Source: Candidatus Yanofskybacteria bacterium RIFCSPLOWO2_01_FULL_39_28
GTDB taxonomy: Bacteria; Patescibacteriota; Minisyncoccia; 2-02-FULL-40-12; GWA2-44-9
Assembly: GCA_001794635.1 (NCBI GenBank)
Contig: MGKE01000002.1
Coordinates: 13,921-77,920 of the forward strand
Reading direction: 5' to 3'
DNA: 64,000 nucleotides
Every line of letters begins with the position of its first letter. Position 1 is the stretch's first letter. Both the position numbers and the translations under genes were made by a program. The notes beneath the pieces are model-generated. The model was not told where the DNA came from. It searched no databases and was given only the letters and a program-made list of their open reading frames with translations. Of this stretch, positions 51,491 through 59,976 are shown piece after piece.

Positions 51491-51784
51491 CGTGGTGCTA
51501 ATCAAAATCCTCACAAGAGCTTGATTTCTGGGGCACGGCGTAAATTTCTGCTGAAATTTCGCCTTTTACTCGGTTCAGCCAACCTCCGTAAATCCCCATA
51601 AATCAACTCTTATGAGGATTTAGTCTTTACCTGTGTCTATATCAATTAATCTGGTCAGTATAGTAGGTATTTTGAGGGATTTACGGACCGCGACGGCGGG
51701 AGTAAAAGACAAAATTCTAGCAAGAATTTATGTCGTGCCCGAAAAATACCTGCTATGCTGACCAGATGGTAATTAGCACTATAT
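51491..51784 (+). repeat. Foldback repeat element, copy 2 (candidate structured ncRNA or MITE)
   Basis: Positions 51494-51620 match 11209-11335 at 125 of 127 positions. Termini pair (GGTGCTAAT / ATTAGCACT). About 81 nt shorter than copy 1. Confidence 0.8.
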
Positions 51785-51798
51785 GCTACTATCAATTA

Positions 51799-51821
51799 AA
51801 AAGAGCCCAAAGGGCTCTTTT
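51799..51821. terminator. Bidirectional intrinsic terminator at the stop codon of 51820..52755
   Basis: AAAGAGCCC-AAA-GGGCTCTTT with T runs on both strands. Confidence 0.75.
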
Positions 51822-52755
51822 ATAAATTCGTATAGCTATTGTTCCTGACTATTCGATAGCCTTTAATAAGTTCTTCAATTCCTTCCTGTAGGGAAACTCG
51901 TGGTTTAAAACCCATTGCTTCAATCTTAGCATTGCTGACTATGTAATTTCGTTTATCGGGGTCTTCGCCAACCTCGGCCTCGGTAAAATAGAAGTCAGGC
52001 ACCTTCTTTTTTATTTCCTGACAGAGTTCTAGTTTGGATAAATTAGCATCGCTTAAGCCGACATTATAGGCGTTATTTTTCATAGAATCAAAATTGTTTA
52101 TACAATGCAGGAAGGCCCTTACAACGTCTCGGACATGAATATAGTTTCTCTTGAAATTAGCTTGAAACAACACAATAAAGCGATCATTAACTGCTCTATA
52201 TACAAAGTCGTTGACGAGAAGGTCTAGGCGCATTCTGGGGCTTATCCCAAATACAGTTGCCAGGCGCAAAGATATTGAATTACCACTGTTAAGAATTTCT
52301 TTTTCGGCCTCAACTTTCAAACGGCCATACAAAGATACTGGTTTTAATGGTGATTCTTCTGTGCAAAAAATACCTTCTTGGCCTATACCGTACCCGCTAT
52401 TCGTGTTAGGAAAAAGCAGGGGCTGATTTCTTGTTCTTGCGGTTAGAATAGTTTTGACCGGGTCAAGATTTATTGTTTTAGCTGCGAAGGGGTCTCTATC
52501 ACAAGCTGGAGCGCCGACTATACAGGCGAGATGAATAATAATGTCTGACTGCCTGACCAGACTTGCCAAAAGGTCTTTGTTTCTGACGTCTTCATTAATA
52601 ACTCTCAACGACTGACTATGGCAGCAGTCAAGCAATGTATTTTGTTTATACAGGAAATTGTCTAGAACAATAACTTCGTGGTTAGCCTGTAAAAGTGTCG
52701 GTACAAGAACGGATCCAATATAACCAGCTCCGCCAGTGACAAGAATTCTGGACAT
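51820..52755 (-). CDS. NAD-dependent sugar epimerase/dehydratase
   Basis: ILVTGGAGYIGSVL and YGRLK (YxxxK). TAATG overlap with the upstream dehydratase gene. Confidence 0.75.
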   Translation of the reverse strand: MSRILVTGGAGYIGSVLVPTLLQANHEVIVLDNFLYKQNTLLDCCHSQSLRVINEDVRNKDLLASLVRQSDIIIHLACIVGAPACDRDPFAAKTINLDPVKTILTARTRNQPLLFPNTNSGYGIGQEGIFCTEESPLKPVSLYGRLKVEAEKEILNSGNSISLRLATVFGISPRMRLDLLVNDFVYRAVNDRFIVLFQANFKRNYIHVRDVVRAFLHCINNFDSMKNNAYNVGLSDANLSKLELCQEIKKKVPDFYFTEAEVGEDPDKRNYIVSNAKIEAMGFKPRVSLQEGIEELIKGYRIVRNNSYTNL

Positions 52756-53945
52756 TACTTTTCTCCTTTTCTGAAATCCAGAGCTGCTTTTATGGTCGCA
52801 TTACAAATACATTCAACATCAGCTTCGTTTAGTTTCGGATAATTTGGCAGGAAAAATCCGCATTCATAAAATCTTGTTGCGTTTTTGCCGTTAAACTTCT
52901 CATATTCTTTAAACCAATATGGCTGCAGTCCCTGATTGCCGGAAGTAAAAGGCCTTGTCTCAATCCCGTTTTCTTCAAGGGCAGAAGTAATAAAGTTTCT
53001 TTCGGCCTCATTCTCGGCTAAGGCGCAGAAGTGAATACTGCAAACAGTAGAAGCTTTATCAAATGTTTGGAGTCCAAAGTAATTTTGGAGCAGTGTTTTA
53101 TAAAGAAGGTGGTTAGCAAATCTTCGTTCAATAAGCCAGTCCATTCGGTCAATCTGTCTCAAACCTATAAAAGCATGATCGTCTGACAATCTGAAGTTAT
53201 ATCCGGCATAAGGGAACACAAAACCTGTCCCGATGTCCTTTATTTTGTACATATCCAAATATCTCTTGCGTGCTTCAGGGCTAAGGCCGTTTATCCAGCC
53301 ATGGCTTCTTAACATGAAAATAATTTCATTTAGTTCTGGATCGTCAGTTGAAACCATTCCGCCTTCAACAGTAGAAAACTGATGGCCGAAGTAAGTGGAA
53401 ATACTGGCCATATCGCCAAAGGTGCCGACTTTACGGCCACAATAGGACGAACCCATTGCTGCGCAAGCATCTTCAAGAAGGAAGAAACCGTATTCTTCTT
53501 TAAGTTCCATGACTCTGTCCATATGCGACGGAACGCCTAAAACCTGAACCAGCATTACAGTTGACGGCGAATACTCACACAGCAATTCTTCAAGGTGAGT
53601 AATATCCAATCCAAAGTTATCCTTGTCAGATTCGCACATAATTGGTTCGTATCCTAGCTGCATAAAAGGAGCAACACTGGTAACCCAAGCGGCGCTTGGA
53701 ACAATGACTCTTGTGTTTTTAAGACGTTCGGATTCATAAAGCGTTGCGGCCATTAAGAGATTAGCCGATGAGCCAGAATTACAAGCTACCGAATACCTTC
53801 TTCCTAACCAGTTTGACCATTTACTCTCATATTCTTTGACTAGGGACCCCATGGTTAGTCTCGGATTGGTCATAAGCCATTTTCCACGGGCAATGTTATC
53901 TTCGGCCGTAATCGTGTCGGCTACGAGAGGGTACTTATAAGTCAT
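52755..53945 (-). CDS. colD: PLP/PMP-dependent sugar 3-dehydratase of the ColD / E1 type (DegT fold, Lys replaced by His)
   Basis: N-terminal PLVADTITAEDNIARGKWLMTNPRLTMGSLVKEYE. STYFGHQFSTVEGG aligns with FSFHPVKSITTGEGG of the aminotransferase at 34528..35664, placing His188 (codon 53382-53384) where the lysine would be. The 396-aa length and the Gmd/Fcl neighbours favour ColD over CDP-type E1. Confidence 0.7.
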   Translation of the reverse strand: MTYKYPLVADTITAEDNIARGKWLMTNPRLTMGSLVKEYESKWSNWLGRRYSVACNSGSSANLLMAATLYESERLKNTRVIVPSAAWVTSVAPFMQLGYEPIMCESDKDNFGLDITHLEELLCEYSPSTVMLVQVLGVPSHMDRVMELKEEYGFFLLEDACAAMGSSYCGRKVGTFGDMASISTYFGHQFSTVEGGMVSTDDPELNEIIFMLRSHGWINGLSPEARKRYLDMYKIKDIGTGFVFPYAGYNFRLSDDHAFIGLRQIDRMDWLIERRFANHLLYKTLLQNYFGLQTFDKASTVCSIHFCALAENEAERNFITSALEENGIETRPFTSGNQGLQPYWFKEYEKFNGKNATRFYECGFFLPNYPKLNEADVECICNATIKAALDFRKGEK

Positions 53946-54049
53946 TTCTCAATTCTCCTGGTTTTTAAAAAACTCATGTAAACAACATAATCTAAAATTA
54001 AATTTAGTCAATCTTTACTAATAATAAAAAACCATCATAATCATGATGG

Positions 54050-55099
54050 TTAAAATGGGCCCTTGAACTTATTTTCGTAAGTATGAAATTTTTCGTTTGA
54101 CAGATCAGTCTTTGAAAGACCCAACATTTTCTCTGTTTCCCTGATGATTGTTACGGCGTTGGGATAGAAAAGATTTTCTAATGGCCTCGTTGTTGGACAC
54201 GGCGTCCAGGCAAATCCAATGCGTGAAGCTGGCTTCTTTAGTTGATTAAAACATTGGTTAGAAACTCTTGCCGCCACTTCAGCGCTGAATCCGCAATTAA
54301 GCCAGTCGTAGTCGGCTATAATACAATGTCCGGTTTTGTTTACAGAATTAATTATGGTCTGATCATCCAATGGCGAGATTGTCCTTGGATCTATAATTTC
54401 CATGCTTATACCTTTTTTTGCTAGAACATTGGCCGCATCATGAGCTTCTACATTAATCCAAGAAGTGGCTACTACGGTTATGTCTTTACCCTCTCTTAAA
54501 ACTCGGCTTTGTCCGATGGGTATTGTGTAAGGTAATTCGGGAACGTGACCCTCGGTCCAATAGAGCCATCGGTGCAGAAGACAAACGACTATATTGTTAT
54601 CTCTTATTGCTGAGATCATCAGACCCTTCATATCGTAAGGGGTAGACGGCATTATTACTTTTAATCCAGGAATATGGGCAAATATGCTCTGCATACTTTT
54701 AGAGTGTTGAAATCCTTGTCCCCAGCCCCTGCCAATCATAGCGATTATTACTAAAGGTGCGGAAAGTTTACCATTGCTTCCATATCTAAGAGAGTTGCCG
54801 ATATTGACTAGCTGATTTAGCGTAAGAAGCAAAAACTCAACTCTAATGTGAATGTTGATAGGTACTAATCCGGTAGCGCTTGCCCCTATGCCAAAGCCCA
54901 ATGACGAATCTTCAGAGAGGGGGGTGCTGAAACATCTATTTGGTCCGAATTTCTCTACCAATCCTGCCGTAGTGCCGACAATTCGTTTATGATCGGCAAC
55001 ATCAAGACCGTAAACAAAAACTCTATCATCTCTGGTCATTTCTTGGGTAATTGCCTCGTTTACGGCTTTTTCGTAAGAAATAATCCTACTCTCCATCAT
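54050..55099 (-). CDS. ThDP-dependent dehydrogenase E1 beta subunit
   Basis: Transketolase-like pyrimidine-binding region (FSTPLSEDSSLGFGIGASATG) and C-terminal domain. Confidence 0.85.
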   Translation of the reverse strand: MMESRIISYEKAVNEAITQEMTRDDRVFVYGLDVADHKRIVGTTAGLVEKFGPNRCFSTPLSEDSSLGFGIGASATGLVPINIHIRVEFLLLTLNQLVNIGNSLRYGSNGKLSAPLVIIAMIGRGWGQGFQHSKSMQSIFAHIPGLKVIMPSTPYDMKGLMISAIRDNNIVVCLLHRWLYWTEGHVPELPYTIPIGQSRVLREGKDITVVATSWINVEAHDAANVLAKKGISMEIIDPRTISPLDDQTIINSVNKTGHCIIADYDWLNCGFSAEVAARVSNQCFNQLKKPASRIGFAWTPCPTTRPLENLFYPNAVTIIRETEKMLGLSKTDLSNEKFHTYENKFKGPF

Positions 55100-56042
55100 A
55101 AACTCCTTTATAAAGCTCTTCTGGTTCGGGATATGGCGCCGCTTTTGCTAAATCAACGGCTGTTTTTATTTGAGCCATTACTTCGTTTTCAACATCTTCA
55201 ACTTCTTTCTTAAAACCGGCTTCTATTAATTTCTGTTTCTGAATTTTAATAGGATCTTTTTTATACCATTCCAAAAATTCATTTTTATCGCGATAGTTGG
55301 AATTAAAATCCTCGTTAACGCCGACATGTTCCAAATATCTATAATATTTTAACGACAGGAAAACAGGACCCGATTCTAAGTATTTAATAGAAGACCTGGT
55401 GATATTGTGTATTTTTTCAACATCTGTTCCGTCATATTCTTGTATGTACTGGAACCGATATTGCCTCATGATATTTGTCAGATTTTTATATCCACGTCGT
55501 ATTGCAGTTGATGCATGGATTGCCAAACCATTATCTTCACAAACAAATATTACCGGCAGTTGCCAGAGACAGGCCATATTTACACTCTCCCAAAAAGCGC
55601 CTTCATCGGTTGCCCCATCGCCAAAAAATACAACATTAATCTTATCATCATCTAAAATTTTACTTGAGAAAGCTGCTCCCAGGGCAAGGGGAATACTTGT
55701 AGCAACTACAGCAGAGGTCATCATTACGCCCTTGTCCGGATTAGCCAGGTGCATTGAACCGGCTTTACCTCCGCCAGGGCCGGTAACTTTACCGTAAAGT
55801 TCAGCAAAAAACCCATTAACATCTTCGGTCCGGGCAAGATATATGGCATGGCTTCTATATGTACCCCAGACTTGGGCTTTGTCACCGATGGCGGTCAAAA
55901 CTCCGACAGCAATTGCTTCTTCGCCCATGGACATATGCATTGGCGTTTTCATTTCATCTTTAGGATACTCTCGGCAGATTTCTGCCTCAGCTTCCCTGAT
56001 AAGATACATTTTTTTGTAAAGGTTCAGAAGCAAATTCGGCAT
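55086..56042 (-). CDS. ThDP-dependent dehydrogenase E1 alpha subunit
   Basis: ThDP motif FGDGATDEGAFWESVNMACLWQLPVIFVCEDNGLAI. Overlaps the beta gene by 14 nt. Confidence 0.85.
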   Translation of the reverse strand: MPNLLLNLYKKMYLIREAEAEICREYPKDEMKTPMHMSMGEEAIAVGVLTAIGDKAQVWGTYRSHAIYLARTEDVNGFFAELYGKVTGPGGGKAGSMHLANPDKGVMMTSAVVATSIPLALGAAFSSKILDDDKINVVFFGDGATDEGAFWESVNMACLWQLPVIFVCEDNGLAIHASTAIRRGYKNLTNIMRQYRFQYIQEYDGTDVEKIHNITRSSIKYLESGPVFLSLKYYRYLEHVGVNEDFNSNYRDKNEFLEWYKKDPIKIQKQKLIEAGFKKEVEDVENEVMAQIKTAVDLAKAAPYPEPEELYKGVYDGE

Positions 56043-56087
56043 AATTAACCCCCTTTGCTTTTCTGATAGAATAGATAATTTTTTCGT

Positions 56088-56726
56088 TTATGTCAAAATT
56101 TTTAAGAGCTGCTGAAAATTTGTTGATATGTGATCAGGTTTTAATGAGGTAAGCAATTTTTTATTGTGGAAACCCCAAGTAACGGCTACTGTTTTAAGTC
56201 TAACTTTTTTAGCCGCTTTAATGTCTCCAACCGTATCAGTAACGAAGAAAGTTTTTTCAGGCGCAACATGATACTGGTTAAGAATCTCTTTTATCATAGC
56301 TTCTTTGGAATTGGTAGAATCAGCTAATATTAAGCCAAAACAACCTTCTATTCCGTTTTCTTTTAGAATATTCTTAATGTTTCCTTGTTTGCCGTAAGAG
56401 GCAATCGTCAGTATGTATTTTGCGCTTATTTTTTTAACAAATTCAGTAGTTTCGGGAAAAAGTTTAGCTTTTGTTTTTTTATCATAATAATATTTGTCGT
56501 AATTAGCGCTTCGGAATTCTTTGAAAATTAAATATGTTTCTTCGTTATTTATAAAATCCTTGAAGCCCTGGTGAACATTGCCAATAAAAAGTTTCCTGTA
56601 TTGATCAGGTTTAAAGGGCAGACCTATATGATTCATACTGTTTTTTATAAGCGGATAAAAAGTATCAAAAGTATCGGCCAAAACGCCATCAAAATCAAAA
56701 ATTATAAGATTTTTATTTTTCTTCAT
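56088..56726 (-). CDS. HAD-superfamily phosphatase
   Basis: LIIFDFDGVLADT (DxDxT motif I). I prefer the ATG at 56726 over the track start at 56774. Confidence 0.8.
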   Translation of the reverse strand: MKKNKNLIIFDFDGVLADTFDTFYPLIKNSMNHIGLPFKPDQYRKLFIGNVHQGFKDFINNEETYLIFKEFRSANYDKYYYDKKTKAKLFPETTEFVKKISAKYILTIASYGKQGNIKNILKENGIEGCFGLILADSTNSKEAMIKEILNQYHVAPEKTFFVTDTVGDIKAAKKVRLKTVAVTWGFHNKKLLTSLKPDHISTNFQQLLKILT

Positions 56727-57462
56727 AATGCCGACCCAAAAGAAAAACACAGACGTTGTTGAATTTACACTCAACTTCTTTGAGTTCTTCTATACTCATG
56801 GCATAAGGCGGTAGATATTTTCTAGATTCTTGTGTGCCGCCGGATACCATAGAACCGCTAGTCAATATGGCAAGTTCAAAATGATTTGTATTTATAGACC
56901 TTATATCCTTTAGGTTGTTAATCAGTTTTATGCAGGCCTTTTTGGTGCCGAGATTATTTATTTTGCCGAAATCTTTTTTGGCCAACCTAATTCTTGATTT
57001 ATCAACTGTCATTTCTTTCCTGTCCTCGTATCCTTTTTGGGCTCGGCCGTATTTATCTTCAAGCCGGAAAAGATCATGTTTCATGGGCGGAGTCTCAAAT
57101 TCTAAAACCTTTGTTCCAGCCGAAGATAAGCTTTGAGTGGAGTGGAATGTGCCGGGCGCTATTATAACTGTATCCAAAGGATGAAGTTCAATGGATTCAT
57201 TCAAAGAGGAAAACAAGGCTCGGCCTTCCAGAACAACCAAAGCGGTTTTTTTGGCTGGATGGCAATGCATTGAGGTAGATCTTTGATGACTGATAGACAG
57301 ATGCCATATTTCAGCCTCTGGATTTTTAAACATCAAATACTCGCAACCCCAAGGTTTGTTAACTATAACATTATCAAAATTTGCTTTAATTGGAGTTGGT
57401 TTATATGGTTGGAGAGAGAAGTATTTTTTATCTAACTCGGTTGGCCCAATTCTTTTTATCAT
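56713..57462 (-). CDS. Cupin-domain protein (type II phosphomannose-isomerase-like cupin) with an uncharacterised C-terminal half
   Basis: VNKPWGCEYLMF and SMHCHPAKKTALVVLEG cupin motifs. Confidence 0.55.
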   Translation of the reverse strand: MIKRIGPTELDKKYFSLQPYKPTPIKANFDNVIVNKPWGCEYLMFKNPEAEIWHLSISHQRSTSMHCHPAKKTALVVLEGRALFSSLNESIELHPLDTVIIAPGTFHSTQSLSSAGTKVLEFETPPMKHDLFRLEDKYGRAQKGYEDRKEMTVDKSRIRLAKKDFGKINNLGTKKACIKLINNLKDIRSINTNHFELAILTSGSMVSGGTQESRKYLPPYAMSIEELKEVECKFNNVCVFLLGRHYEEK

Positions 57463-57476
57463 ATTATAACTATAAA

Positions 57477-58022
57477 CTATTTAAATTTGGAAAATATCGC
57501 CTTCATTAAATCAGTCACATCTCTTGGGTGTCTGGCAGTAACAATATTGCCGTCAATAACCGCTGGTTTATCGGTATAAATAGCCCCGGCGTTATTGATA
57601 TCGTCTTTTATGCCAATATAGCCGGCAATCTTTTTACCCCTTACTATTCCAGCTGAAATCAATACCCATGGACCATGGCAGAAAGCCGCTACGATCTTTT
57701 TTTGTTTATTCATTTTGCGTATAAATTCTAATATTTCTGGAACTTGTCTCATTCTGTCCGGTGCCTCAAATCCGCCCGGTATTAATACCAAATCATAACT
57801 ATCAGGATTTAATTTTTTAGCGTCAACAAGAGTACCATAGTAGCGGACAATTAGTTCAAGAGGGAAGTTAAGCCGGCCCAAGACTGGTTTGGCGTCTTTT
57901 GTGGCAATATCAACCACAAAACCTTCCTCCTTTAAGCGGATTACGGGATAAATAACTTCTTCGTCTTCAAACCCTTCGGCGGTTATGACCACTGCTTTTA
58001 GTTGTTTGTTGTTTTTAGACAT
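57477..58022 (-). CDS. DJ-1/PfpI-family protein
   Basis: Nucleophile-elbow motif AAFCHGPWVL and the LIPGG region. I prefer the ATG at 58022 over the track start at 58064. Confidence 0.8.
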   Translation of the reverse strand: MSKNNKQLKAVVITAEGFEDEEVIYPVIRLKEEGFVVDIATKDAKPVLGRLNFPLELIVRYYGTLVDAKKLNPDSYDLVLIPGGFEAPDRMRQVPEILEFIRKMNKQKKIVAAFCHGPWVLISAGIVRGKKIAGYIGIKDDINNAGAIYTDKPAVIDGNIVTARHPRDVTDLMKAIFSKFK

Positions 58023-58080
58023 GACAAAAATATAGCAGATATTTGATAAAAGTAAAACCGCCAAATAATGGCGGTGATTA

Positions 58081-58986
58081 CTACTTACTACTTACTACTT
58101 TTTTGACGTATTCACATATTCTTTCTGATGACGGTGGGGGATTGTCCAGATGCGCTGCAAACCCAGAAGTTCTTTCTTCAAGGCCGATGACACGGGCCTT
58201 TTTATCCGTTTGATGCATTAATTCATAGGCAATGCATTTTGAATAGCCATCTTCAAAATCCATATCTACAATTAAGGCGCCGCAGCGAGACATTCTTATT
58301 GCGTTTAAGGCGTCAGGTTGTATTAGCAAGGGTTTAAGCCAGACGAGGTGGATTAAATTGCAAACAATTCCTTGTTTTTCAAGTATTCTTATTGCTTCCA
58401 GAGCGCTTAGGCGGGTTACAGAAATGGCTAAGATTGTAATATCAGCATCGGGCTTAATGATGTTTTCCATTTCATAATCTATCGCAAAACATTTTTTACA
58501 CTCGCTGACATATAACGGCCCATAATGGGTTCTGGAGTACTCCCAGGCAGATTCATACTCTTTAGGCGTTACCGGCGCGCAAACGGGGAATTTTGGCACT
58601 CTCGTTATAATGCCATGATGTGCTCCGCCAGCAACTGGTCCGGCGCCAAGTTCATGAGCTATAGATCTGATAAAAATTCTAATTTTATATCCCCACATTT
58701 CTTCTGCTTTTGCCCCAAAATTAATAAAATCGGTAGAATTATACCACATAAAACCTTGATAGCGGCAAATAAATATCGGATCTCGTCCGGCTAAAGCATA
58801 ACCGACAGCAATACCGCAACCACAAGTATCGTCCATTGAGAGTTCTACAAGATTAGGATGGCCAGGCAATTCAGGAATTGTTCCTCCGACCCAACCAACA
58901 GCCGAAAGACACTGACCCATTACCACGCCATTATTTTCGCTCAGATGTTTTCTTGTGATTTCACGAATCGTTTCAGCGGAAGTCAT
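58081..58986 (-). CDS. Divergent ThDP-enzyme E1 beta-like subunit
   Basis: Pyrimidine-binding-type region (SMDDTCGCGIAVGYALAG) and C-terminal domain. The ATG at 58986 makes an ATGA overlap with the alpha-gene stop. Confidence 0.65.
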   Translation of the reverse strand: MTSAETIREITRKHLSENNGVVMGQCLSAVGWVGGTIPELPGHPNLVELSMDDTCGCGIAVGYALAGRDPIFICRYQGFMWYNSTDFINFGAKAEEMWGYKIRIFIRSIAHELGAGPVAGGAHHGIITRVPKFPVCAPVTPKEYESAWEYSRTHYGPLYVSECKKCFAIDYEMENIIKPDADITILAISVTRLSALEAIRILEKQGIVCNLIHLVWLKPLLIQPDALNAIRMSRCGALIVDMDFEDGYSKCIAYELMHQTDKKARVIGLEERTSGFAAHLDNPPPSSERICEYVKKVVSSK

Positions 58987-59933
58987 ACACGCTCCTTTAT
59001 TGGGGACAAGACATCTTCCCATAAATTTTCAATGTAATGAGCTGTGGAATTTTCAATCATTTCAACTTCTGATTTTAAGCCGAGGAATATCAATTGAGTT
59101 TTAACCAGTTCATATCTGTTCCACTCGGGTGGACCATCGCAACCAGGACCTTCGTGCCAAAGTTCGCGGCAGTAATGAATATTTAAAAACGCCGGAAGCT
59201 TATCCTTTAATTTAGTAACGCAATCCATTATAAACCAAGGGTCGTCAGGCACATCATAAGCCGGCATGCCTTTGGCTTTGGCTTCGTCAGACATGGTCCA
59301 GCTTCGACGAACCTTAACTTCGGTTAAAATAGAAAGGTTATTATCCATGCAAACAAACAATGTCGGAGCTTTTTTACTTGCTGCTTCGCCTAGAGCCCCA
59401 AGGACATAACCTTCTTCTGCGCTGGCATCTCCCATGACGATCAAGGTCTTAAGACCTGAACCAAGGGCATATCCTACGCCGATTTTTACTTGTGTACCCA
59501 TGTGGCCGTCATGACCGAACATGCCAGTTTCGGGAGAATGAATTGATGCTGATCCGCCCATGCCGCCGGCGCAACCGATCGGAAGACCAAGGAGTTCGTC
59601 TCTTAACTTTTCCGGCGAAGCCCCGTAGCAAAGATATAAGTCGTGGCATCTGTGCTGTCCAAAACGTGGAACAAAAGAAGGCCAAGTCATGGTATCCGGG
59701 AAAGACAACGATATAGCCGAGGTGGCAGATTCTTGTCCGAGAGAAAGATAGGTAAAAATTCTGGGTATCTTCTTTCCACTGATTGCTCTTTTGACATTGA
59801 GTTCAAAGTTGCGGCAGAGGCATATTCTACGAAACAGTTCCAGCGATACTTCTTTAGAAAAAGTTTTGGCAAGATCTTTTGGTCCCTTGAATTTGGCTAA
59901 ACGCATTTCAACTCCTTTTAAAACAACTTGCAA
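58983..59933 (-). CDS. Divergent ThDP-enzyme E1 alpha-like subunit
   Basis: ThDP motif MGDASAEEGYVLGALGEAASKKAPTLFVCMDNNLSI. Confidence 0.7.
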   Translation of the reverse strand: MQVVLKGVEMRLAKFKGPKDLAKTFSKEVSLELFRRICLCRNFELNVKRAISGKKIPRIFTYLSLGQESATSAISLSFPDTMTWPSFVPRFGQHRCHDLYLCYGASPEKLRDELLGLPIGCAGGMGGSASIHSPETGMFGHDGHMGTQVKIGVGYALGSGLKTLIVMGDASAEEGYVLGALGEAASKKAPTLFVCMDNNLSILTEVKVRRSWTMSDEAKAKGMPAYDVPDDPWFIMDCVTKLKDKLPAFLNIHYCRELWHEGPGCDGPPEWNRYELVKTQLIFLGLKSEVEMIENSTAHYIENLWEDVLSPIKERV

Positions 59934-59976
59934 AAAAATACTACAAAAATCTGGTCATGTCCAGTTTAGACGTTTT

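Noticed and set aside
51413-51514. The ORF-track start at 51514 for the fcl-like gene, which adds 34 N-terminal residues (MRILISTTRDYSVDLSRFLYIISPRFFVNRRGLV).
   Set aside because: The extension runs into the foldback repeat and crosses the TTGACT-N16-TATAAT promoter. The Rossmann motif begins right after the ATG at 51412 (MSISGARVLLTGGAGFLG), which has a GGGGA Shine-Dalgarno sequence.
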